From NCBI GenBank assembly GCA_965215015.1, contig OZ244042.1, positions 2,272,001 through 2,336,000 on the forward strand: DNA of 64,000 nucleotides. The letters run 5' to 3'. A model generated the notes under the pieces. The model saw only the letters and a list, made by a program, of their open reading frames with translations, searched no databases and was not told the DNA's origin. Below are positions 19,258 to 27,758 of the stretch, in pieces. A program made the translations under genes and the position numbers. This DNA comes from Candidatus Poribacteria bacterium (GTDB taxonomy: Bacteria; Poribacteria; WGA-4E; PCPOR2b). Within the stretch, counting starts at the first letter, position 1; each line of letters begins with the position of its first letter.

Positions 19258-22014
19258 ATGAAAATTAGACCTACCCTGTATGTGGGCCTAGGAACAACAG
19301 GGATGAAAATCCTCAACCATCTCCGGCTACTCAATTATAACGAATATGGTTCGGTGGAGTACCCTATTTTCCGGTATATATCAATTGAAACCGATACCAG
19401 CAACGATGGAATTGTGTCTGAAATTGATGGCGCCCTCAATTACATTCGGTATGAAAGGGGAGTGCCCACTGTTTATGATAGTGGACCCCGCCCAGAATCG
19501 GCCGGAAATAAAGTTATCCACACAACTATTCCGGCGACGGAGCCCATTCGGAATACGATAGATCCCAATCATTCATCGTACAACAGACATCTTGACGCGT
19601 GGTTAGATCCAAAAATATTGGATCTTGATGCAACAACGCGGGCCGGTGGTGCGGGTAATCTCCGAATGGTAGGAAGACTCTCACTCTGGGAAAACTGGGA
19701 TAAGCAGAGTCGTGTCCAACAAAACCTCCGGGAAGCCTATGACGCCGTTTGGGAAGACAGCAATAAGAAAAAAGCGGTGCAGGTTTTAAATAACCATTTT
19801 GGCAAGGAAATTACCGTTGATGAAGAGAATCGAAACGTTTTTATCGTTGGTACCCTCTGCGGTGGTACATGTAGCGGAATGCTGCTTGATATTGCTTACT
19901 ACTTCCGACACATTGGAAACGAAGATACCAAAATTTACGGTATATTTACCATGTACGATGAGGCACTTGCCTTAGAGGCACCAAAGATTCAATTGGCCAA
20001 CTGCTATGCCACCCTCGTTGAACTTGATTACTATAAACGGAGTGCCACAAAATATCGTGTCACGCTGCCTACCGGTCCCGCTATCAGCACAAACAAGCCC
20101 CCATTTGATGTAGCTACCTTCGTTTCAGCAACCAATATGGTAAGTGAGCGATTTATCAACGAAAATGGGCGGTTCGTTCAAGACGAGCTGGATCGGATGG
20201 TCGCCTCTGACCTCTTTGTAAGAAGCTTCGATGTTGATGCCCTGATTGATGCGGACCTCGTCAACACCCCCGGATTTGATGATCGATTTGAAAATGTGCG
20301 AGAAGACAATCAATTTGTCCAGTACATGTTCAGCTCGGGACTAGAAAAGATATGGTTTCCCAAAAATCAAATCGTTAAAGCAGCGGCTACGAAATTCATT
20401 GAAAAACTTCATTCAAAATGGAAAGAGATTCGTCCGGCAGATACCTCCGACCCTAACACGCTATTTGACAGAATTTTAGATGACATTAAAGATGGCCTCG
20501 TCAAGACACGGACTGGTTCGCTTGATACTCTGTTAAAGAGCGAAATTGCTACGCTTAATTCTAACACGGAGGCCTATAGTTGCCTTGAAGCTTTAGTCCC
20601 TGGGGGAAAACATTACAGGCTAATTGATGACAACAGCAAAGATTGTTTTCAGCACGCTGTGGAAAGCCTTCGGGGAGCATCTCAAACGGTGCTCAGTCAA
20701 GTTGATGAGTTAATTCAGTCTGAGTTGGGAAAACATAATTCGGACAAACTCGCATCTGATGGTGAGATACGCGAACGCGTGAAGCAGGCCGAATTGGGTG
20801 CACAGGATCCAATTGGAGGATTTTTCGGAAGAATTAGAGGCAGAACCGAACTCAACAACAGGAAGTTCAGAGATGGAATTTCTGAACAGCAAACCCAATT
20901 ACAGAATCAGTTGAGGAGCTACTTCGTTAAACGGGTCCTTACCGACCTCCGTGGCGAAATTCAGAATCTTATTGAGGATGGGAATAACGAAAGAAGTACG
21001 ATTGAAACAAAGTTTGCTGATGCTAAAAGGTATTCTAAGGTTGACGAAACCAGTCCGGAAGTAATAGAGGTAGCAAACCTCTTGAGTCAAAATTGCCAAG
21101 GTATGCTTGACACACAAGCACAAGTTGATAAACTGATTCGTATTCTGCGTCTCTCAGAAAGTGGATGTTTTCATTGGCACATTGCGAATCGATTGAGGGA
21201 GTTTTTTAATGACATCGTTGCCAGATTAACTCCGAATTTTGGCACACAGGCTGTCAGAAAATCCGGTCCCTATCAAGAATTCACGCACAGTTATATGGGA
21301 AATTACAGATTGAGGTTAGAACGCCCCGGAGGCGAAACGAGGCTTTTTCGATTCTTGCTCGCTAGCCGGCAACCGGAAAATGCCTCCAATCTTATGTTGG
21401 GAACCCAATCTAGAGAAGAAGAATTTTCTATACCGAATCTCAGTGTTCTTTATCAGATGGAAGTCGGCTTTACCGCTGATGACCTCCGCGTTGCGAAGCG
21501 ACTCAAGGAGGAGTATGATTCTTATATAGAAAGGGGTGATCCTATTCATATTGATAGGGATCCGACCCAGTTCAACCCAGACGCAATTCGCGCTACAATT
21601 GCAGCTGGCAACCGGATAGGAGAAATTCAGAGGGACTCAAAAGCTCTCAGAGAACTACTACCTAGGATCCGAGAGATATATGAAAATCGGTTTCAATATG
21701 TATCGCCCAACGGGAACATTAACGGAAATTCGCCACTAGGCGAATTGGAAGTTAGAATTCCTGACAGGGCAGGATACGAAAAAACTTTCAGAGTCGGGGT
21801 AGACAATGAAGAGTTGGCGCAAGATGAGGAGCGGTACGATTTTTTTATTAACACAACCCGGGCCGATTTTGGTAGTCTCCTAGATGAAAACCCTTCTCTT
21901 CCAGTGATTATTAATGGCTTCAATCAACAGATCGAATCCACCCTACGGAGAGAAAGCGAAAAATTCTATGAAAATTATATTGGTTTAGTGCGCGAGCACC
22001 ACAGATCCCATTAG
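19258..22014 (+). CDS. Tubulin-like (FtsZl1/Tubulin_2) GTPase domain protein with long helical C-terminus
   Basis: RPTLYVGLGTTG, SIETD, GAGNLRMVGRL, GTLCGGTCSGMLLDIAY and ANCYATLVELDY motifs; AAAGGAG RBS before ATG 19258. Confidence 0.85.
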   Translation: MKIRPTLYVGLGTTGMKILNHLRLLNYNEYGSVEYPIFRYISIETDTSNDGIVSEIDGALNYIRYERGVPTVYDSGPRPESAGNKVIHTTIPATEPIRNTIDPNHSSYNRHLDAWLDPKILDLDATTRAGGAGNLRMVGRLSLWENWDKQSRVQQNLREAYDAVWEDSNKKKAVQVLNNHFGKEITVDEENRNVFIVGTLCGGTCSGMLLDIAYYFRHIGNEDTKIYGIFTMYDEALALEAPKIQLANCYATLVELDYYKRSATKYRVTLPTGPAISTNKPPFDVATFVSATNMVSERFINENGRFVQDELDRMVASDLFVRSFDVDALIDADLVNTPGFDDRFENVREDNQFVQYMFSSGLEKIWFPKNQIVKAAATKFIEKLHSKWKEIRPADTSDPNTLFDRILDDIKDGLVKTRTGSLDTLLKSEIATLNSNTEAYSCLEALVPGGKHYRLIDDNSKDCFQHAVESLRGASQTVLSQVDELIQSELGKHNSDKLASDGEIRERVKQAELGAQDPIGGFFGRIRGRTELNNRKFRDGISEQQTQLQNQLRSYFVKRVLTDLRGEIQNLIEDGNNERSTIETKFADAKRYSKVDETSPEVIEVANLLSQNCQGMLDTQAQVDKLIRILRLSESGCFHWHIANRLREFFNDIVARLTPNFGTQAVRKSGPYQEFTHSYMGNYRLRLERPGGETRLFRFLLASRQPENASNLMLGTQSREEEFSIPNLSVLYQMEVGFTADDLRVAKRLKEEYDSYIERGDPIHIDRDPTQFNPDAIRATIAAGNRIGEIQRDSKALRELLPRIREIYENRFQYVSPNGNINGNSPLGELEVRIPDRAGYEKTFRVGVDNEELAQDEERYDFFINTTRADFGSLLDENPSLPVIINGFNQQIESTLRRESEKFYENYIGLVREHHRSH

Positions 22015-22081
22015 GATCGAATTCTGCTATCTTGTCAAAATGCCAATACAGATGAACTTTCTTTTGACTCAATTACCGAAC

Positions 22082-22502
22082 AATATCGTGTCACGCTACC
22101 TACCGGTCCCGCTATCAGCACAAACGAGCCCCCATTTGATGTAGCTACCTTCGTTTCAGCAACCGATATGGTAGGTGAGCGATTTATCAACGAAAATGGG
22201 CGATTCGTTCAGGACGAGCTGGATCGGATGGTCGCCTCTGACCTCTTTGTAAGAAGCTTCGGTGTTGATGCCCTGATTGATGCGGACCTCGTCAACACCC
22301 CCGGATTTGATGATCAGTTTGAAAATGAGCGAGGAGACAATCAAGTTGTCCAGTACATGTTCAGCTCCGGACTAGAAAAATTCTGGTTTCCTAAAGATGG
22401 CCTCGTCACGACGTGGACTCTGGTTCGCTTGATACTCTTTTAAAGTGCGAAATTGCTACGCTTAATTCTAACACAGAGGCCTATAATTACCTTGAAGCTT
22501 TA
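22082..22502 (+). pseudogene. Silent partial duplicate of the tubulin-like gene interior
   Basis: 22082-22391 copies 20051-20360 with about 16 substitutions; the remainder copies about 20487-20595 with indels. Confidence 0.85.
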
Positions 22503-22621
22503 TTTCTTAGGTGCTTGTTAGCTGATTGCCCTAGCTCTAACAAGCCGTTTAAAACCGCTAACAGGCACTGAATGTTATAAAATCTTGTTGAAGATCTTTT
22601 TCTATCAATAGGAGATGCCCC

Positions 22622-23007
22622 ATGGGATTTACAGACTGGAGCCCCTCACACACGATACTGGTGATATTCGGTATATTTTTTTTGTTGGTAATTTAGCGGT
22701 TATGTACTACCGCACTGGACAAAACGCCAAGAAGATAGATAAGCTGGGTGAGACCATCGTTCATGCGATAGAACGCCTCGAAGAACGGATGGATAAGCGA
22801 TTCGTTGAAATGAACAAACGTATTGATGATACAAATCAGCAAATCGCAGATTTCCGTGTTGAAGTGAATCAAGACTTTTCAGATTTCCGTGTTGAAATGA
22901 ATCAACGCTTTGTCCAAGTCCATTCGGAAATCAACCATGTTCGGGATGAACTGAGCAAACTCAACCAGAATCACATAGACCACTTGACACATCACAAAGA
23001 GAGATAA
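22622..23007 (+). pseudogene. Frameshifted paralog of the 23342 coiled-coil membrane protein
   Basis: ATG 22622 frame MGFTDWSPSHTILVIFGI aligns with the paralog. T8 at 22676-22683 replaces 9 nt (TTTGTTTTC), a -1 shift. Confidence 0.75.
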
Positions 23008-23104
23008 TGAAAACAATCGCCATGGGCAGGCTTGAATATATGTATCAAAAGTATCTTGGGAGGGCAGTCTCAAGAAAGAGGTGTGAACGACGATTACTCA
23101 ATGA

Positions 23105-23133
23105 TTGAAACACAACTTGAGGTTTGGTATAAT
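23105..23133 (+). promoter_or_regulatory. Strong sigma70 promoter
   Basis: TTGAAA-N17-TATAAT with an extended -10 TG. Confidence 0.7.
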
Positions 23134-23146
23134 AGAGGTGGCAACT

Positions 23147-23180
23147 AAAAAAGCCCCGTAGGTCGGGAAACCCACGGGGC
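23147..23180 (-). terminator. Intrinsic terminator-like hairpin on the minus strand
   Basis: Minus strand reads AGCCCCGT...ACGGGGCT followed by a T run. Confidence 0.5.
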
Positions 23181-23341
23181 TAAACAACAAATGGGATTTG
23201 TGGGATTGTTAGGTTGCCCCTAACAATCTTCATTCATTTTGGAAACATGAATGTTATGAATTTCTCTCTTGCCGTTACAGACCTCCGCTAAGCTGAACGT
23301 GCGAACCGTTCACACCGCGGTCAATCAATAGGAGATGCCCT

Positions 23342-23794
23342 ATGGAATTTGCAGCCTGGAGCCCCTCACACGCGATACTGGTGATATTCGGTATCTTTGT
23401 TTTCGTTGGTAATTTAGCTGTTATGTACTACCGGATTGGACAAAACGCCAAGAAGATAGACAAGCTGGGTGAGACCGTCGTTCATACGATGGAACGCCTC
23501 GAAGAACGGATGGATAAGCGATTCGTTGAAATGAACAAACGTATTGATGATACAAATCAGCAAATCGCAGATGTCCGAACAGAGATGAATCAAGGCTTTT
23601 CAGATTTCCGTGCTGAAATGAATCAACGCTTTTCAGATTTCCGTGTTGAAATGAATCAACACTTTTCAGATTTCCGTGTTGAAATGAATCAACGCTTTGT
23701 CCAAGTCCATTCGGAAATCAACCATGTTCGGGATGAACTGAGCAAACTCAACCAGAATCACATAGACCACTTGACACATCACAAAGAGAGATAA
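23342..23794 (+). CDS. Membrane-anchored coiled-coil protein with 11-aa repeats and a His-rich tail
   Basis: N-terminal TM, about four (FSDFRVEMNQR)-type repeats, C-terminal NQNHIDHLTHHKER; AGGAG RBS. Confidence 0.8.
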   Translation: MEFAAWSPSHAILVIFGIFVFVGNLAVMYYRIGQNAKKIDKLGETVVHTMERLEERMDKRFVEMNKRIDDTNQQIADVRTEMNQGFSDFRAEMNQRFSDFRVEMNQHFSDFRVEMNQRFVQVHSEINHVRDELSKLNQNHIDHLTHHKER

Positions 23795-23923
23795 TGAAAA
23801 CAATCGCCATGGGCAGGCTTGAATATATGTATCAAAAGTATCTTGGGAGGGAGGTCTCAAGAAAGAGGTGTGAACGATGATTACGGAATGATTGAAACAT
23901 AACAGGGGAGCAATTTGGGAAAT

Positions 23924-24784
23924 TCATTTCACGCCTAAATTGGATAGCACATTTCGGAGATAAACGACGTCCTCTTTCGCCCACCGCTCCAGATTCGGGG
24001 GCGTGGTCTCCGCATATCCCACCTGACGAATAATCGATTCATCAAAGCGGTACTCCGTATGCACCGTTAGGGGGCCATTAAAACCGCTTTTGCATAGAAG
24101 CCCCAAATAACGCTGCCAATCAACACACCCATCTCCTACTTTCACAAAACAGGGAACATAAGGTGGGGTGCGATCCGGCTGCGGGAGGTAGAGAGCATCT
24201 TTGATTCCGACAATGGACAGATAATCCCCGACCATCGCCAGTCCCATCGCCCAATCCTCGCCATCAAGCGCAAGATGCCCCGGATCCGGATAGGCACCGA
24301 TGTGCTGCGGATCGAAACCTCTAATGAGGTGCATCAACCCTGCACAGTTGGATCCAATACAGGGCCCGCTGTGGATTTGATAGCAGGTTTGCACCCCATA
24401 TTTTTCACTGAATGCGTCAAATTCCTCAAGTTCCCTACGCGCGGCATCAATCACCTGCCAATAATCATCTTCCTCGTTAAACCGCCAGAACCCGATTTTG
24501 AGGCGGGGTATGCCCGCTTCCGCACACGCTGCATATAGCCTCTCTACCTCTGGTGCATTTGGATTTGTTATATCCGTCGCCGCTGTCGCCAGAGGACAAG
24601 TGAGGTGCTGTCCACGCCAAACCTTCATTGCTTTGGGGAGTGCTTCAATGACGTTATCAACATGGATAGGGTGTCCCGGGCGGACGCAGATATCTACACC
24701 ATCGTAGCCGAGTTCGATGGCTTTCTCGCCAAGTTGTTCAACAGATAGCTCCGTAAAGAACTTAGAATTGAGTACGATTTCCAT
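23924..24784 (-). CDS. Sugar phosphate isomerase/epimerase (xylose isomerase-like TIM barrel)
   Basis: ELGYDGVDICVRPG, DPGH, GIKD, VGDGCVDW and GFNGPLTVHTE motifs. Confidence 0.85.
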   Translation of the reverse strand: MEIVLNSKFFTELSVEQLGEKAIELGYDGVDICVRPGHPIHVDNVIEALPKAMKVWRGQHLTCPLATAATDITNPNAPEVERLYAACAEAGIPRLKIGFWRFNEEDDYWQVIDAARRELEEFDAFSEKYGVQTCYQIHSGPCIGSNCAGLMHLIRGFDPQHIGAYPDPGHLALDGEDWAMGLAMVGDYLSIVGIKDALYLPQPDRTPPYVPCFVKVGDGCVDWQRYLGLLCKSGFNGPLTVHTEYRFDESIIRQVGYAETTPPNLERWAKEDVVYLRNVLSNLGVK

Positions 24785-24828
24785 TGGGGGTTCCTCCTGA
24801 CGAAATTATTCATGACTTAGTGTAGTTC

Positions 24829-25191
24829 GTAGTAGCGCAATTTATTGCGCGTGGTTCCTCCTGACGAATTATTGTAGATCCCTTCACTTACGATAACCGA
24901 TTCTGTGGTCAGTCTGTGGTCAGGATGAGTAAATCCCTATTTTGCCACGATACCCTTCCAAAAGTCAAGGAGATACCCCGTTAGTAGTATCGCGTTCATT
25001 GCGCGTCCTCCCTCCTGTTTCTTTCCCCCTCCCTGCTTTCGGGGGGCTAAGTGCGGCTTGGGTTTTGTATTTCCATGATGTTTGGTTGTTATCCTGTTTG
25101 TCGTAGCGCAATTGATTGGGCGTCGTCCTCCTGTTTCTTCTCCCCTCCCTACTTGGGGGGAGGGTTTGTAGTAGCGCAATTTATTGCGCGT
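24829..25191 (+). repeat. REP cluster; left direct repeat of the coiled-coil gene cassette
   Basis: REPs at 24829, 24984, 25100 and 25168; 25008-25166 recurs at 26728-26880. Confidence 0.75.
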
Positions 25192-25333
25192 CTAGTGTCT
25201 ATTGCTGCAGTGCCCCCAACAGCAATCCAGCTGGGGAAGAAAAGCCCCTAGACAATGAACCAAAAAGGTCTTGATAAATCCCCCCAACCGTGATACTATA
25301 TCCCATTATTTCCCGAAAAGGTGGCAATTAACC

Positions 25334-25822
25334 ATGAAAATGCTAATCATCTTGTTCCTCCTTCTGCTTCAAGTTTCCTCTACGTTTGGTGAATTGACGA
25401 AAGACGATCTACGTACCATTATTAAAGAGGAAATCACAGCGTCCGAAAAGCGTATGCAGGAGTATATCGATCTTAAAATCGAGACGGTAAACGCCCGAAT
25501 TGATTCGACAAACGCCCGCATTGATGCGTTAGATAAAAATCTGAACGACAAAATTGATGCGTTAGATAAAAGCCTGAATACCAAAATTGATGTGACAAAC
25601 GCCCGAATTGATGCGTTAGGTAAAAACCTGAACGACGAAATAGGATTTATGAGGTTGCTGTTGATTGCGCTGATTGGGTTAATTGCTGTGGCGATTGTGG
25701 TTCCTCCAATTATCATTGAGTACAGGGGTCATAAGGAAGTCAAAAAACGACAGGCAGATTTCCAGACCGAGCTCCGGCAGCTTCGTGAAAAAATTGAATC
25801 GATGGAGAACACCCCATCATAA
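25334..25822 (+). CDS. Secreted/membrane coiled-coil protein with KID-like repeats (Bdr/DUF1640-like architecture), copy 1
   Basis: Signal peptide, ELTKDDL neck-like motif, IDALDKNLNDK and IDSTNAR repeats, C-terminal TM. Confidence 0.75.
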   Translation: MKMLIILFLLLLQVSSTFGELTKDDLRTIIKEEITASEKRMQEYIDLKIETVNARIDSTNARIDALDKNLNDKIDALDKSLNTKIDVTNARIDALGKNLNDEIGFMRLLLIALIGLIAVAIVVPPIIIEYRGHKEVKKRQADFQTELRQLREKIESMENTPS

Positions 25823-26097
25823 TCCCGGTATAATCCCTGTTTGCGTGTCAACCGATAGAGGCTTCTTTCCCCTCCCACTTACGGAGTGTTGGTTGATTCT
25901 TCTTCCCTCCCTGCTTGCGGGGTAGGGTTTGTCGTAGCGCAATTGATTGGGCGTCTATGTGCATATTGCTGCGGTGCCCCCAACAGCAATCCAGCTGGGG
26001 AAGAAAAGCCCCTAGACAATGAACCAAAAAGGTCTTGATAAATCACCCCAACCGTGATACCATATCCCATTATCTCGCACAAAGGTAGCAATTAACC

Positions 26098-26595
26098 ATG
26101 AAAATGCTAATCATCTTGTTCCTCCTTCTGCTTCTGGTTTCTTCTGCGTTTGGTGAATTGACGAAAGACGATCTACGTACCATTATTGATGCAATCACAG
26201 CGTCCGAGAAGCGTATGAAAGAGTATATCGATCTCAAAATTGATGCCGTAGAGAAAAACCTGAATACCAAAATTGATGCGTTAGATAAAAATCTGAATGA
26301 CAAAATTGATTCGACAAACACCCGAATTGACGAGTTAGGTAAAAATCTGAATGACAAAATTGAGGCGTCAGATAAAAACCTGGATGACAGAATAGGATTT
26401 ATGAGATTGCTATTGATTGCACTGATTGGGTTAATTGCTGCGGCGATTGTGGTTCCTCCAATTATCATTGAGTACAGGAGTCAGAAGGAAGAGTACAGGA
26501 GTCAGAAGGAAGTCGAAAAACGACAGGCAGATTTCCAGACCGAGCTCCGGCAGCTTCGTGAAAAAGTTGAAGCGATGGAAAACACCCCATCATAA
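26098..26595 (+). CDS. Secreted/membrane coiled-coil protein with KID-like repeats, copy 2
   Basis: Tandem paralog 764 bp downstream, with a different repeat composition and an exact 21-bp duplication at 26470-26511. Confidence 0.75.
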   Translation: MKMLIILFLLLLLVSSAFGELTKDDLRTIIDAITASEKRMKEYIDLKIDAVEKNLNTKIDALDKNLNDKIDSTNTRIDELGKNLNDKIEASDKNLDDRIGFMRLLLIALIGLIAAAIVVPPIIIEYRSQKEEYRSQKEVEKRQADFQTELRQLREKVEAMENTPS

Positions 26596-26702
26596 TCCCT
26601 GTATAATCCCTGTTTGCGTACCAACCGGTAGGGGTTTCTTTCCCCTCCCACTTACGGAGTGTTGGGTGATTCTTCTTCCCTCGCTGCTTGCGGGGAGGGT
26701 TT

Positions 26703-26890
26703 GTCGTAGCGCAATTGATTGGGTGTCCTGCTCCTGTTTCTTCTGCCCTTCCTACTTTCGGGGGGGTTGAGTGTGGCTTGTGTTTTTTATTTGAATGATG
26801 TTTGGTTGTTCTCCTGTTTGTCGTAGTGCAATTGATTGGGTGTCCTGTTTCTTCTCCCCTCCCCGCTTGCGGGGAGGGCTAGGGTGGGGT
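26703..26890 (+). repeat. REP cluster; right direct repeat of the cassette
   Basis: REPs at 26703 and 26820 plus a CCCCGCTTGCGGGGAGGG palindrome; homologous to 25008-25166. Confidence 0.7.
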
Positions 26891-27005
26891 AAAAACCTGA
26901 AACCCCCCGAACCCTACCATCGTATTATCTTTCCGCATAATCGTCGCAGATCTATCTATAGACGGGGGCTATGCACAAATACAAATTTTGAGTTCCGGCG
27001 GCTTG

Positions 27006-27059
27006 TGTGAAATTTTTCACAAAAAAAATCTTGACAGATGTTTCAATCTGTTGTATCAT
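27006..27059 (+). promoter_or_regulatory. Sigma70 promoter with an upstream CRP/Rex-like operator
   Basis: TGTGA-AATTTT-TCACA (27006-27021); TTGACA (27031)-N17-TATCAT (27054); ACAGAT-N6-ATCTGT inverted repeat in the spacer. Confidence 0.65.
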
Positions 27060-27124
27060 AAAATGCTAATTACAGGGTATTTGGAAATTAATGTAATGCT
27101 AAAGTAAAAAGTAAGGAGATATAC

Positions 27125-27223
27125 ATGTGTAAAGAAATGAATTTTCGGAAACTAAGTGTGTTTTTTGTTATCAGTTTGATGTTGGCTGTAGGGTTGTTCA
27201 TTAACGACGCTGCGCCACTCTGA
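27125..27223 (+). CDS. 32-aa signal-peptide-only ORF (or truncated paralog of the giant protein)
   Basis: AAGGAG RBS; MCKEMNFRKLSVFFVISLMLAVGLFINDAAPL*, resembling the signal peptide of the 27759 protein. Confidence 0.5.
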   Translation: MCKEMNFRKLSVFFVISLMLAVGLFINDAAPL

Positions 27224-27580
27224 AGTAACCTTGGTGATGCCTCCCCTACCAAGTCTTTCGTAGGTGGGGCATCTTCCTGACTTAGATATAGCTGTTGAAT
27301 GCCTCTTCGCAATGAGGCATTCAACGGCTATTTTTTGTGTAAACATCTTTTGGTTACAGTTACCACTATAATAATATATAATAATAAAGGAAACTGATAC
27401 AGGACAAATGGTTTCATCTATTAATTTATACTGGCACCTTGATAAAATAGGGGGATCCCGATGAAATTGGGATCTACACCCATGTACTCCAAAGAGGATG
27501 GAAACCGAGTAGGAGCTGGCTTCTTGGCCCCGACGCAGAAGCCTATCCAATCAATACTCGGTTTCTCTAATTACAAGTTA

Positions 27581-27720
27581 GGTTCATGTTAAGAAATGGT
27601 GCAACGGAACTTCCTCAATCCCCTCTTCCTGTTCGTAGTAGTGCAATTTATTGCACGTTTAGGCAGGGAGATTAAGGGGGGGAAAGGGTCGTAACTTTGT
27701 ACCTTCTTTTCACATGAGCC
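27581..27720. mobile_element. MITE family B copy carrying a REP
   Basis: GGTTCATGTTAAGAA...TTCTTTTCACATGAGCC; flanks ACAAGTTA/AAAAATTA; REP at 27635. Confidence 0.7.
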
Positions 27721-27758
27721 AAAAATTATACGAAGGGAATTTTTAGGAGGATAGATAC

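Noticed and set aside
20051-22502. Diversity-generating retroelement TR/VR pair
   Set aside because: No reverse transcriptase in the window. Differences are not restricted to adenines of one copy, the copy has indels, and the region is internal rather than C-terminal.
24937-27550. Short ORFs at 24937, 25051, 25683, 25879, 26435, 26795, 27088 and 27152
   Set aside because: They are translations of REP/MITE DNA or shadows of the coiled-coil genes.
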